Shown: positions 27,877 through 41,290 of the stretch, one piece after another
How the letters are laid out: each line of letters begins with the position of its first letter
Numbering within the stretch: the stretch's first letter is position 1
DNA from: Mytilus californianus
Lineage: Eukaryota
NCBI RefSeq assembly: GCF_021869535.1
Contig: NW_026262745.1
Location: forward strand, 45,074,001 to 45,138,000
DNA length: 64,000 nt
Direction of reading: 5' to 3'
The notes under the pieces: model-generated
Seen by the model: the letters and a program-made list of their open reading frames with translations, nothing else
Told to the model about the DNA's origin: nothing
Database searches by the model: none
Position numbers and translations under genes: made by a program

Positions 27877-28272
27877 CGATACAATCACAGAAATGACATT
27901 GTAAGAAACAACTAACCATTATATGAGGAAAACTGGCATTACAGCATAACGACTAACAACCACTAACGACTCTAACACCAGGGGCGTGTTTTTTGTTCTT
28001 CGGTAGTAAGCCAGAAGAGGTCCATTTCTGTTTTTTTTTGCATTGGGAACTTCTGTCTCTCTTCTACCTCTTCCTTTTAAATTTTTTAGACGGCAGAGAC
28101 ACATAACAAACATGGCGTCGTTTAGTCTAAATGACACTAATAAATTTATGAATTCAGATATAATAGAATGTAAGCTGAGTGATAAACGTTTTTATGGTAT
28201 GGAAGCCTTAGTAGGACATCCCTGTAGGGACGATAAGCTGGATAGATATAAGAACTACACGGACAATAACAG

Positions 28273-28449
28273 TAAGGGGACGACTATTTGATATTCTGGG
28301 GAGGGGAGGGGGCAGGAGGATTTTTTTGCGGATTTATTATTCATTTTAATCTGTCGCTAAGCATGTCTATTTTTTCAGCTCTTACCAGGACACCAAATTA
28401 TATTCTCCTCCCCCCTTTCCCCCAAAAAAATCAAATGGTTTTACCCTTA
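28273..28449. mobile_element. degenerate MITE
   Basis: Imperfect TIRs taaggggacgactatttgat / atcaaatggttttaccctta, with G-rich and C-rich subterminal tracts. Confidence 0.45.
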
Positions 28450-28562
28450 TTTAACACGAGTTTAGATTGATTGATTGTTGGTTGCTTATTTGTAACGTCC
28501 AGTGACAAATATTGCATGCATGTTCAGGAAAACACGAGTTTAAAAGTCCGGTATATAATATA

Positions 28563-29230
28563 AAAATAAGGAGATGTGGTATCATTGCCAATGAGGCAAC
28601 TATCCACCAGAGTTCAAATGAAGTGGATGTAAGCAATTATGAGCTACCGTACAATGAAAAAACCCATACCGTATAGTCGGCTATAAAATGCCCCGACGTG
28701 AAAAATGTGAAACAATTCAAACGAAAATACTAACAGCCTAATTATATATAACAAAACAATTTACAAAAATCAAATATGAGTCGACAGACATGAACCAACG
28801 ACCACCACTGAACTACAGGCTCCTGACTTTGGGACAGGCACATAAAGAATATGACAGGGTTAAACTTGTGTGTCAGCGCTCAACTCTCCACTAAACTGGG
28901 ACAGTGGTGTAACAGTACAAGAAAAGAACAAACTGTAAAAATAAGTTCAAATTGGATTGATAACATAAACAGTACCAAATTTTCTGCACCAGATGTGCAT
29001 TAACTCAAAAGATCGGTACGAGACACACACACAAAAACAACTCACATTAAGACAATAGACACAAAGCACCGAAATAAGAGTATTTGCAGTTACTGAAAGC
29101 TTGTTCAAAGCCAATTAAAACTAACAAATAAATCATGTCCTTTGAGACTAAAGTATCAATCAGTACATAACCAACGGATTTAGTCATAAACAGTCTGAGA
29201 AACGCATGACCTTGTATACCTTCAATGTAT
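28563..29230. repeat. copy of the most abundant dispersed repeat family (probable retroposon end)
   Basis: Shared end aaaataaggagatgtggtat..ttgccaatgagacaact. Related copies at about 2810-2990, 18590-18945, 21925-22185, 38560-38920, 43245-43600, 44120-44395, 46680-47285, 61130-61925 and 63490-63610. Most keep this end and are variably truncated at the other. Confidence 0.8.
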
Positions 29231-31399
29231 ACACATACAACTAAGGTTCTCGAAAAGTGGTGGTCCGAAGGTTTTGACCACCAAAGTTTTGCAAGGACCG
29301 ACACAATTTTGGTATTTTGCAGTAGAAATAATACTAGTAGTTAGGACCAGCAGATTTTCTTCAAGGACCACCAGGAAAAAAAAGATTGTGAGAACTCTGC
29401 GGATATTTTGTATATGCAAAAATAATCCAGTTTGGTTATTTTAAAATTTTTGATATACAAGATGTCCTTTTAGATCATATACCAGACAAATATTGACAAA
29501 TTATTATACAGGTTAAGATTATACCTGAAAATCAAATGGTCGGAGCTTTGAGCCATATTCGTTTAGCTAAATTAAGTTAGGAAAGCATAAAGAAAAAATG
29601 TCACGAACACAGCGATTTCTTCCAACCAATTTTCTTTATTTTTACACTTATTACATAATTACATCAATGCCAAAACAGAGTACACTATTACAGGATTTAC
29701 AGTCATGTCTACCGAATGAACTGACGTAACTAAATTTTCTAATAAATCATCATAAACTTCATTTATGTCACCCAACATAAAAAAAATTATGCTATATTCG
29801 ACGGCAAATTGAATTTGTTTTTTATTGCTTCTTCTACAGAATATCCCCAGAAGAGGTCCAGATTCATTTTTTTGGACTCTTCACCAGAAGACATTCTGGA
29901 GATGTACGGAGATGTACGGAAGAGACCATTAAAACACGCCCCAGATGCTCAAACAGGATTCGCACCTCAAAAAAATATTTCCTCATAAAAACAAAAATAC
30001 AATAATATTTATTTTTTGTCCATACACACTAAGTACCGAAGGGCCATTACATCACAATGCAGACTCTTATATTGTTTTGGACTCTACAAATTGTAAATAA
30101 ACAGTACTTACAAGAACCAACTATAGGTTAAACCAGTTTCACTCTAGATGTAATGTTGCCGGTTAAAGTGTACTCTGAAGACTATAGCTTTTCGATCGGA
30201 AAATGCGGGATTGAAAACTCAATTTTTACTCTATTGACATTTTTTACATTTACATTGATTTACGTTTTTACAGATTACATTATTTAAAAAGTACGATATA
30301 TATAAAACATATAATTACAAATTCAACATAAAGTGCAATGCCCCGTTATCCTACATCAGAAATAAAACTAGTAGATTTATAATAATATTGATCAACAAAG
30401 TACTAGCTGCATGTTCATATTCATGAAGTCGTCTAAATGAATTGAAATCCAAAAAAAAATTATAGAATTATAAGGCCACTCCAAATTGATTCATACTTCT
30501 TCGGATTCGCTCGTTCACAATGTTGGAAATTAAAAAAAAAAAATACATTACTGGCCATTCCCTGAAGACTTTCTGAATTATCGCTCCATTTAAATGAACT
30601 CAACAATTTTCATTTTCAAATTATCATCGTTCGTCCACAATTCACAGAAAATTGATGTTTAAAAATATTTCTCACTCACCAAAACAAGTATTTAACTTGG
30701 AGCGGCATACACATTATAAAGGAAAGGGGGTGCAATGTCGATTCCTTTGGGCAAAGTATACGTAATTGAGCTATTCGTTTTGCTGTCTGAATCATTAAAG
30801 TATAAGTAATGATTGAACAACATGAAAAAATACGAGTCTGCAGTCGACGCCGTCATGATGTTAAGAATGTTTCGTTCACTAGATACATATACTGCCTAAT
30901 TATTTTTCAATGAAAACAAATCCGGTGATGCCATAATATTTTCTCATCATCAAAACGGAAATGTTAGCAGCAATAACATATCATATTTAAACACGACACT
31001 GTGGGCCGAATGTCGACAAATTGCAAATTAAAATGTAAAAAAAAAATATTTTTCTCCGCTTTTTACGTACATTCCTTCTATCTTTAGATCCTTTTGTGTA
31101 AAAAATTTAAACTCGAAATACAGTTAGATAACGCTCACTTCGCCTTGAGAAGTAACTACATGCCGTCCACACTATACATATGCAGCAACATCAATACGCA
31201 ATACGCGACAGTTATTATTCTTACAGCTACCCGAAGCTGTGAACAGATATGTCTTTATTTTTCCTGATTTGCACTCGGCACTGATTGATTACAGCCTTAT
31301 TTTCACTGTTTCTAACATGCAGTGGAAGTCTTTCTTAGAAATGCGTAAATACATTTCTGAGTTTCAATGAAAGAGCTAGTGTAACTATAGTTCAAAATA

Positions 31400-32139
31400 T
31401 CACGACAAGTTATATTTACCAAATCGTGTTTTGAAGGCTTTAATAAGGTTTATACTATCCAACATTATAATAAACAGGAAAACAGTTATTAAAATTATCA
31501 AACCACTGATACCCAAATAACGGACGGATGTTCGGTCATCAGTGGCTGAATTTAGCTTTCTAATGGAGGACGATAACTTCCGCTTTTCAACTCGTAGTGA
31601 CGTTTGCAGGTCAACTAATCTTTGTTGTATTTTCTCCTCTGTATTCAGAGAATCAACGGAACAAGGACAGTAACACGAATCACCAACTGTAGTATCTGTC
31701 CCTGGATTAGTGTTGTACACGTCATCAATTTCTGTTGTGACGGTATTTCCTGTTGTTTCTTGATTAGAGTTTGATTGTGTTGATCTGATTGTTGTATCAG
31801 GCATTGTTGCTTCGTCTGATGTCACTGTTGATCCCTTTTGTATCAAACTTGGAGTTGATTCTGCAGCATCTGGAGTGATTGTGTTGTCAACACCATCAGT
31901 TTCTGTTGTGACGGGTTTTCCTGTTGTTTCCGTAGAGCGTTTTAAAACTGTACTTGTAACGGTAACATCTGCATTTTCTGTTGTCTCTGTTTTTGAAGTT
32001 TCCTGTAACTGAAGCATGGTTGTAATGGTTTCTATGGCTGCTGTTGAGGTTCTTGGCTCAGCTGTTGAAGTTTTAGGCTCAGTTGTTGATGGTCTTTGCT
32101 CAGCTGTTGACGAATCAGTAATTGGTGTAGTCGAATATG
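31400..32139 (-). CDS. IgGFc-binding-like membrane protein, last exon: Thr-rich stalk, CYCPC motif, TM helix, short tail
   Basis: Acceptor tattgtag at 32141-32140 (phase 1). Thr/Ser/Glu-rich, then SCYCPC...LRVEKRKLSSSIRKLNSATDDRTS, then hydrophobic YLGISGLIILITVFLFIIML, then stop at 31400. Confidence 0.85.
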
Positions 32140-35100
32140 CTACAATATAAATCAAAACATTTTTATAATACATTTTAGACTTATCAAATGATAGTCTTTA
32201 GTAATGACAATTTTTTACTGTTGGACTTTTGAACGACTTCAGTGCAATGATCACGGAAAGGATAAGTCACGGTTACTTATTAAAGATCATAGAGATCAAA
32301 GCTGTTACGATTAACCAGTATTACTTCGTGAATCTTTCATTGGTGTTTACGAACATCCATGCAGTGGAATCCCTTGTTGTTTTTGAACATCTTGTTGCAA
32401 AAAGTTTCATTCATGTAATCAGAGGGAAAACCAACTGTACAATGGATTAATATTTTATACGTTCTGCAATTGGTTTTAGCGACGGGATAGTCAGTAAATT
32501 TTGACTGGCACTGGGAAAGAGAACACGGTGTATATATAGATTTGAAAATTTTGCCTGTCAACAGGCAACTGTATTATACGTGACCTTCTTTAATTTTGTT
32601 TTACATTTTTTTGATTTGCTGAGAGCGTGACTACAGGCACACAACGTCGAATCTCAAATCTTCATTTTTGATGGACATAGATTAAGGGAAAAGCAAGATT
32701 TTGATTGGTCAAATACCAGACTATTTAAAAAATTCATGTAAGTTTAAGCGCTACGTCCAACAGACAGGGAACAATGTCATCGTTAGTGCGAATATTAGAG
32801 CGCCCACTCATTATTTTTTTTTGGGGGGGGGGGAGGGATATTCCCCCCACATGAATATTTACTTTCAATCATTGTGAGAATCGAGTAATTATTATTAATA
32901 CTGAAATATTGCATAAATATTATTTTTTCATGCACAACCCTTTCCAACATTTTGCGGTGATGATGTTTATTTTGAAAGATTACCTGTTTTTGCTAGTAAC
33001 GATGTCAGGTGGACTTTTTTCATATCTCCTCCCCATTCCCCCAATATCCCATTCCCAAATATCTGTCTTACTCCATGTATATACATGTTCGTCCTAACTA
33101 TTCATGCAATTATCTACATTCTTTTTGATTTGACATATGATTAAATCTAGTTATATAGTTTTTGAAAATTAGTTTACAGAATTGATTTTAACTTTCTTTT
33201 TAATCATCATCAATAAAATATACATCGTATAGAAAAGAAATGTACTTATGCAAATCTTCTATTCAGAGAACCTATTGGCCATCAAACGATTCATGACCTA
33301 TTATCAAAAACTTTCCTCCTTTTAATCTTTCCTTTTACACATGACCGATTTGTCTTTCAGCAAAATCGAATACTCAAGTACCATATTCAATAAATAAAGA
33401 TAAATCTGAAGTAACTCAAATCTTTATTGATATTTCTAGTAATTCGTTTGCATTAATTTAAAATGCAATACAATTATTTATCTATCGCGAAAAGAAGAAA
33501 ATTATAATTAACGATTAATTCATAACAAAGGATAACCGTAACGGTAAGTAGAAGGTTTATGATAAAAAAAAATTAATTCTGGATTAACGGAAAAATCCAA
33601 TCGAGTAAGAATTCATTCCACTTCCCTAGGTGCGCTGGTTTGCTGCAATGAAGAGCTACGACTAGCAGTTATCTCTCCGCAACTTCCATGTGATAATTGG
33701 TTGAATTAGAGATTTCCAATAAAATGACATATGTACGTAACTCGACGTATGGACGTAATGGGACGGGTTATTGCCAACCATCGAATTTGATTGAATACGT
33801 CGCTTAAGTTTAAACAAAGTATTCCAAGACTTTTAAAATCACACACTGGAATGTTTGTCCATACAATTTTTTTTTATCATGACGAAAAATGATAGAAATA
33901 TTGCATTTTTATTTATCACGTGGTTTTCCAGATTCCCGCCTTTATTTTACTGAAATATTATAAGATCACATTAACAAACGTATCCCATACCATACCTATC
34001 GTACGTACGATTCGAGTTATCTTTCGTGGTTTTGATTATGACAATTATTTTTCAATATACTTTGCAGATGAACTCCCCGTTATACTTTTTTTCTGTCTTT
34101 CTTTATAGTTTATCTATCTTTTAATTATATTTGTTGCGGGGGAAATATTTAGAAGGATATGTTTCTGACAATTTCAGAAATATCGAAAGCAGAATTTGTC
34201 AAAATCTCTCTTATAAAGGTTGAAAATTCAGATATAACTATCGCTTCCATTTAATTTATAAACAAAATTATTTTTCATTTATTATAAAATGTATTGATAA
34301 AGAAATCCCTATAAATGTTAGTTTTTTTCTTTAGAATTAAGGTGTGTTCGATTAGGGATTGTTCTGTATTAATTTGTTTAACGGGAATACTATCGGAGTC
34401 AAAATACAAAAGATATTTCCAGGGAATATATTTGATATCCCTTGAAGTGAACTAACTTAGAGTATTTTATCCATTTTATTGATAAACAACTTAAAGGGTG
34501 TCATCGAATTCATTTTAATGAGTACATCATACGGGGATGTGTAAGGTATACGTAAGTAACATTGAACAACATAAAATAATAACATTTTGTTGTCCGCTCC
34601 TTATCCAAGATGCATCCTAAAATGAACAAGGTAGATACAGATATCTTTTTTAAGTAACAGACAAAGTGTAACTCGCAAAAAACTTTTTTTTTGTTTTGAT
34701 CAGGAATCTATCTGAATTCAAATACCTAACCGAATCCTGAGAATTAAGCCTTTAACAAGAAGTTTCATTGAAATATATTGATTAAATGCGCACTAAAAAT
34801 ATTTTTTCATGATATAATTCCACAAATCTGAATTTTTCATAGACAGTATCTTTTTGCCATTGTGTGACCTATCAAGAGTATGATCACCTACACCTATTTT
34901 GCGATTCTTATTTTCAATAAACCGTTCACTCCCTACAAGCATTGGCGTCTTTAAACCAAGATCATTTACCTCACCAGAAATAAAATTCAAGTTACGCTAC
35001 TGTCGATTGATTGACAGTTGGTTGCTTAACGTCCAGTGGCAAATATTTAATGCATAATTAACGTGTAGAGAGCGAGACATTATATCTAAAAGAGGCATCG

Positions 35101-36885
35101 GATTTAACGTCCCCACTCTGACCGGACGGACTGCGTACTTGTACATCCCGCACACCTAAGAGGTTACTATCGAGACGTGGCGACCAAAGAGACAGTTATG
35201 AATCTGGCAGATATACATATACATGAATGTTTATTAATCAGAACATTTGCAACAAGAATGTGTGGCATTAAGACACCGTGCACCTTCACATGATAATATT
35301 TCCATGTTCAGTGCACCACTTAATCTGGGTCAAACTCATAGTTGGTATATAATTTTAAAGGTTTTATATTTTGAACAGAACGGAAGAACGGACGGATGCA
35401 CAGACCAGTAAATATGATATTCACATGCTATCATAAGTTGGTCATAAAACTAAAAAGATCATCTTACTTAACAAAAATTTAATTAAATAGTCCGTACATA
35501 TCCGTTTTTCATACGTATTTGTATAATTAAACGTCAAATATTTTAGGGAAAAAAACCAATTTCAGAACATTGACGTTATAGTACACCTACGTTTGTACGG
35601 GCTCTTCCTTGAATGATCAATCCATGCATCATAATAATTAAAGACAAGATATATATAAACAAATTAACTGATTCAGTAAAGTGTAATCATATTTTTCCTG
35701 CAGATGCGTCCTCAATCATTCCATTTGATAAAATTCTACGGAAAGGTGACACAGATGCATAATGATCTGAATTTTTACCTTCGACAAAAGTATCTTAAAA
35801 TAAATTATAGAAGTATGCTAAAAAAAAAAAAAAGAAGAAGAGGCAAGTCGTGTACACCTTTTACATTCCGGCGTGTTTGAAACTCTTTTCTTGATCTTAT
35901 AACTCAAAAATAGAATATGATCACGCTTCAGATTCCATTATTTTTATTTGTTCAAACTTAATTTTGATTATTGAGCCTTAAGAATTCATCGTTTGAGAGA
36001 TAAATATATGGGTCAAGTGAAGTGACGAAGAAATGGTCGGTGTATTTGATTACCGGTAACTGAACTAATTATTCCCTTTAATGTTGTTGTCAATGATATC
36101 ACCTCAAATTTAATAACAAAATATGTAAAGAACTAAATTAGTCGTTTGTGCTAATTTTTAAATTACATGTGTTCCAACAAAGTATGTGTATTCCACGAGC
36201 CAAAACTTCATGCAGTCTATGGTCCCCTCCGTCGTCCTTCAATGCAATAGACCGAGATACGGTCAGATAGGTCGGTTATGTCGAGTAATGTCATTTTATT
36301 GGAAATCTCTATTAATAAGGATTTATGACACGAACTATTTGAGAGTGCTGTATTTGTCCGCTTCTTGTTCAGAAAACTAGAAATGAGATTCAAATAACAT
36401 AACTTGGAATCATCAAATCTTATTGTTTTAATCTTTAAAAAATTTTGTAAATGGGCGTAAAACCTAATTTACCGGTGTTTGAGAGTTGTGGTGTAAACAC
36501 CAATTAGACAATTAGAAGAGAAATCGGGAGTTAAATTTTCCACAAAAGAAAAACGCGAAAATTATATAATACACCCTGTTTATAAAAGTGATTCATATAA
36601 GATTCTCTGTGTATTTGAGATTAAACCTTTCTTCGGAAAGTGTAAAGTTTGAAAACAGGTGGAAAAACCCACTGAATAATAGACTATTAAGAAAGACTCT
36701 TTCATTTTTGTCATTTTCATTGGGGGATGATGACACAAGAAAGATAGGGCAAGTGCTCCGGTTCCATATACTGGTAAAGTGTAAATACATAAATATAAAG
36801 ACACAAAATGTACTACTAGAATGGTAGAATATAACTAGAATAAAATCTGAAGGAGTATGGTTATTTTTTAATGTGAAATACTTAC

Positions 36886-36936
36886 ACAATAAATCTGCAT
36901 CGCAGTCCTCTTCAAACATCCAGGTATTATCATTAC
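36886..36936 (-). CDS. IgGFc-binding-like protein, 51-bp exon (NDNTWMFEEDCDADLL)
   Basis: Acceptor gtatttaag, donor T|GTAAGT, phase 1-1. It keeps frame between the 38276 and 32139 exons. Confidence 0.65.
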
Positions 36937-37527
36937 CTTAAATACACAAAATAAATAGATAGCCATAATAAAAAGTAAGTTGGAAACAAATCTGATCAAA
37001 TGTTGTAAAATGTTATAGAAAATAAGAAAGACACCGCAAATGGGGTTTCACTAATTGTTATAAATATCAAAGTAGATATAAAAATAGTCTAATTTATTTG
37101 TTTTGTTTTTGTACTTTTTGCGTAATAATTTACAGATAATTCTTTTATCTTCTCCCAACTGGAATTGTAAGAGACCTAACAGACCATAAACAAGAAAAAT
37201 AAGTGCACGACACCACCTATCAAGACAAAGATCGATAAATCTAAATGAAAACGTCATTTCTTATTTCAAACTAAATCAAATGGGTTTATCTTATTCCAAC
37301 GTTCTAAATACAGCTGTAATAATATTCGCTGACGATAACGCATCTTATTATCAATAATTAAGCTAATAAAACACCAAAACATTGATGATTTTTTTGTGTG
37401 TTTATCAGACTTTGTTGTACAATGTTCACATTCAAATGAAAGAGATGGATAAAACTGATTAAAAATATCCTAATTAGGATTGCTGTCTCGTTGAGTATTC
37501 CTCACTTATCCTTTGTAAATACTAAAG

Positions 37528-37736
37528 GATTTTCTACCCCAGAAATATATGACTGTACCTGAATTTAGCAAAACCTTTCAGAATTTTGGGTCCTTATAAT
37601 GCGCTTCAACTTCGTATTTCATTTTGCTTTTTTAACTTTTTTTTATTCGAGCGTCACTGATAGTACTTTTGTAGACGAAACGCGCGTTTGGACTAATTAG
37701 GTTTTTTAATCCTGGTATTTATGATGAGTTTATTTT
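37528..37736 (+). mobile_element. retrozyme fragment with mutated hammerhead
   Basis: gagcgtcaCTGATAGtacttttgtagacGAAAcgcgcGTTtgga plus flanks shared with the 47288-47693 monomer. Core and stem I are damaged. Confidence 0.75.
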
Positions 37737-38275
37737 AATTTATATCTAAATAACAACGTTCAATGCCGATCAATGTACCGAAAACATGCTTCCCGGAATA
37801 TCCTGCATCAGATACGCTGGAGACTATAAGCCAAATACAGTAAATAATGGTGAGTATAGCAAATCCAAAACGAGTCTTAAAAAGATTGATGAATGGATTT
37901 GTATAAAACGTCTAGTGGCAAATATAACATGTGTATCATTACGAGAACTGAATATGAATCCGGCGTTGTACTATAGACCGACACTCTGAGTCATATTTTA
38001 ACGTTCCAGTTCTCAAGAATGACATGTTACTCTACCCGGTCACATTATTTTTGACTCCGAACTTAATAGTCTTTGCTCTTTCTCTCTAATGCCTGGTTCT
38101 TAGCGGAGAACCACCAATATCAATTTTCAAGACTTTGGTTAGATTCGACAGGGGATCGACTTCACAATCTCCCTCACTGGAATTGAACACGAAAGCGTTA
38201 CCACGAAACCACTGAAGCGATACGTCCAAGAAGGCAATATCGTTATATTGATTAAAAAATCAAATGACTCATTAC

Positions 38276-38375
38276 TTATTGTGGCATTCAATGCATTATA
38301 GCATGGGTCTTCGTCGATAACACCATCACAGTCATTGTCAATACCATCAATCGTCTCTAATCTCGGTATACAGTC
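38276..38375 (-). CDS. IgGFc-binding-like protein, second DNDCDG exon (DCIPRLETIDGIDNDCDGVIDEDPCYNALNATI)
   Basis: Acceptor aatttcag at 38377-38376 (phase 0, matching the 41560 donor). Donor A|GTAATG at 38275 is weaker. Paralogous to exon 45905..45995. Confidence 0.75.
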
Positions 38376-39530
38376 CTGAAATTATAATATAAATATATAA
38401 GGTATACGATACATGAACTTAATCAAAGTCTACTCCATGCACCTTCAACTCTGGTCGATACAAATTCACATATACGTTTCTATATAATAAGAAAATAGTC
38501 AAGCTTATCATTATTTCTTTTGGCTTATAAAAGTTTCGGAAACTGCAATTCATACAATTCATCTTTTGTTGTACTGTTACACCACTTCCCAGGTTAGAGG
38601 GATGGTTTGGCTCCAGAAAACATGTTTAGCCTCGCCAAATTATGTATGTGAAGTCCCAAGTTAGGAGCCTGCATTTCATTGGTTGTCTTTTGTTGCTGTG
38701 TATCATAATTGTTTTTCGTTTATGGTATTATACATAAATCCGTTAGTTTTCTCGTTTGAATTGTTTTACATTTGTCATGTCGGGGTCTTTTATAGCTTAC
38801 TATGCGGTATGGGTTTTGATCATTGTTGAAGGCCATATGGTGACCTATAGTTGTTAACTTCTGTGTTATTTGGTCTCTTGAGGAGGACAGTCTCATTGGC
38901 AATCATACCACATCTTCTTAATTTTATAATGGAGTCTTCATCACTGACACCGTGACAACAGCATTATCCCTTGATTCAGATATAACTATTATTTCAGTGT
39001 TACTATGGCAAATATATCATCCACTATGGGGTTAAATGTATTGGCTTGAAAACATGTAAGAAATAATTCTAGAACCTCATTTATGATATCGTAACAGACT
39101 AACCGTCGTTATAATATCATAAACCATCTATTCAGCTACACACTATCAACCAACTTATGTTCACGAGATATTTTTTTTGCGTCTTTCGAAGTAAAAAAAA
39201 CGGGAAATATAAATCGTCGCGACCATGTCACACAATGAAAATGCGACAAGAAAGTTAACACCGAAAAAGTAAATCACTGGATAAGTAGATTGGGCTTTAA
39301 CACGAAAAGTTGTTATATCGCAATAGTTAGTTGGTTTGTAGTTCTGAAGGAATCATATAACCCACAAATAAATAAGGTATTTAATTGACATTCAAAAGAA
39401 CCACACCTTTCTTCTCTTCTTCATATGTGCAGAAAAGAAATTTTTATAGAAATGTCACTGTATACACTCATCCGTACCATCAGCGCCATTACCCACATCA
39501 TCAGTCTCCTGTCGCATCAAATGTCAAATG

Positions 39531-39797
39531 GGACTTTGGTGGCCGCGTTGTCTAAGTAGTCGAACTACTGTATCACTAGCCTGTCAATACTGAGGTTGTG
39601 AGTTGAATCTCGCACGTAGTAGGTACATTCGACCCCAATCTTAATTGACTAGGATCGTCAGTTTTCATAAAGAAGGTCGTTGGTTCTCTCCAGGCTTCCA
39701 GCTTCCTCAACCGATAAAAAATGCCCGCCTCGAAATAGCTCAACAAAGCTGAAAGTGGCGTTAACAAAAACCAACCAATCAATCAATCAATCAATCA
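39531..39797 (+). mobile_element. tRNA-derived SINE
   Basis: A-box-like ggtggccgcgttgtctaag, B-box-like gtgagttgaatc, body shared with 45201-45432, (caat)n tail. Confidence 0.75.
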
Positions 39798-40511
39798 AAT
39801 GTCAAATCACAGTTATTGTTAATATTTGTCAGCCTTCTTTGTATCGGATGTCCAGTTCTCTGTGTTTCAGTGTAAATAGTAATTTTATGCTAAGGTTGTA
39901 ATACAAACTCATGAACTGAAGACAGTCAAGCATCACAATGTTAAAAGAAAAAGACGAAAAAAATGAAATAAGTGTACAAAAGCATTACTCATGCAGAAAG
40001 ATAAAGAATTAACAACAAGGAACCCACCAAAAATTATGGATCAACTATGAAGGTAATCCACAGAAATGGAATATACACTAAACAATACACGACAGAACTA
40101 AACGAAAGCAACAGCAACGAGAATGAGTTTAAAAAGTAGAGGTCAACCCGGGTGCTCAGAAGGTTAATCGATTCTTGTTGCACTATTGAAATCCGTCGTG
40201 TCGCTGATGACATCAATAAATGACATATCCGTTTGCCTTAACCATGGATATCTTTTGAGCATAGACCTTAAACTATTCCTCTCTATAAGATACCTAGTTT
40301 ATCACATTTAACTCAACAGTTACGCCATCGATCTATGATTCAGCTTTGCACCCCTGAAATCATCATGCAAATGAATGCATCACATTTTCAATAGCAACAT
40401 TTTGAATTATTCTGTGTACACTAGGCATAAATGGCCTCAGCCATATTTTGGAGTTTTTGGTTTTCAATGCTCTTCAACTTCGCTTTTGGTTCCGTCTTCC
40501 AAATGTCTTGA

Positions 40512-41290
40512 TTCGAGTGTACTTGTAAGTATCATGTAAACTAAACGCTTGTCTGGCGTAGTAAATATTCGAGTGTATTTGTAAGTATCATGTAGACTAA
40601 ACGATCGTCTGGCGTACTAAATGTTCGAGTGTACTTGTAAGTATCATGTAGACTAAACGATCGTCTGGCGTACTAAATGTTCGAGTGTACTTGTAAGTAT
40701 CATGTAGACTAAACGATCGTCTGGCGTACTAAATGTTCGAGTGTACTTGTAAGTATCATGTAGACTAAACGATCGTCTGGCGTACTAAATGTTCGAGTGT
40801 ACTTGTAAGTATCATGTAGACTAAACGTTCGTCTGGCGTACTAAATGTTCGAAATAAACTCATCATAGATACCAGATTTGAAATTTTATATTTGCGCCAG
40901 ACGCGCGTTTCGTCTACAAAAGACTCATCAGTGACGCTCGAATCAAAAAATGTTAAAAAGGCCAAATAAAGTACGAAGTTGAAGAGCAGTGAGGACCAAA
41001 AATTCCTAAATGTTTTTCCAAATACAGCTAAGGTAACCTATTCCTGAGGTAGAGTGTACTTGTAAGTATCATGTAGACAAAACGCTCGTCTGGCGTACTA
41101 AATGTTTGAGTGTACTTGTAAGTATCATGTAGACTAAACGCTCGTCTGGCGAACTAAATGTTTGAGTGTACTTGTAAGTATGATGTAGACAAAGCGATCG
41201 TCTGGCGCACTAAATGTTTGAGTGTACTTGTAAGTATCATGTAGACTATCTTCCTATATCTATAAACGCTCGTCTGACGTACTAAATGTT
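40512..41290 (+). repeat. 56-bp minisatellite (10 units) homologous to the retrozyme hammerhead, interrupted at 40853-41051
   Basis: Units start at 40512, 40568, 40624, 40680, 40736, 40792, 40848 (split, resumes 41052), 41105, 41161 and 41217. Confidence 0.92.
40853..41051 (-). ncRNA. 199-bp retrozyme fragment with intact type I hammerhead (40895-40936)
   Basis: Minus strand reads cgtca-CTGATGA-gtc(ttttgta)gac-GAAA-c(gcgc)g-TC-tggcg, identical in the core to the 47607-47648 copy. Confidence 0.85.

Noticed and set aside
14000-31300. A third protein-coding gene between ovo and the membrane-protein gene
   Set aside because: The short ORFs here are low-complexity or lie within repeats. I found no consistent exon chain, though small or non-coding exons cannot be excluded by eye.
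32337-32561. Cys-rich minus-strand ORF as an additional exon of the membrane protein
   Set aside because: The acceptor (tttcccag) read in the required phase 1 hits a stop within seven codons, and no domain is recognisable.
39531-39620. tRNA genes at 39531 and 45201
   Set aside because: Only A/B-box-like heads. No full cloverleaf could be folded, and both continue into a shared SINE body and (caat)n tail.
40765-40965. ORFs MAFLTFFDSSVTDESFVDETRVW... (also 47496-47810 and 47536-47718) as a repeated small protein
   Set aside because: They are chance readings across the retrozyme hammerhead, start at TTG/ATG-like codons without context, and are not kept open in the other copies.
40512-41290. 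56-bp array as CRISPR-like or as a multi-ribozyme cassette
   Set aside because: No spacers, and every unit lacks CUGANGA and GAAA, so the units cannot be canonical active hammerheads.
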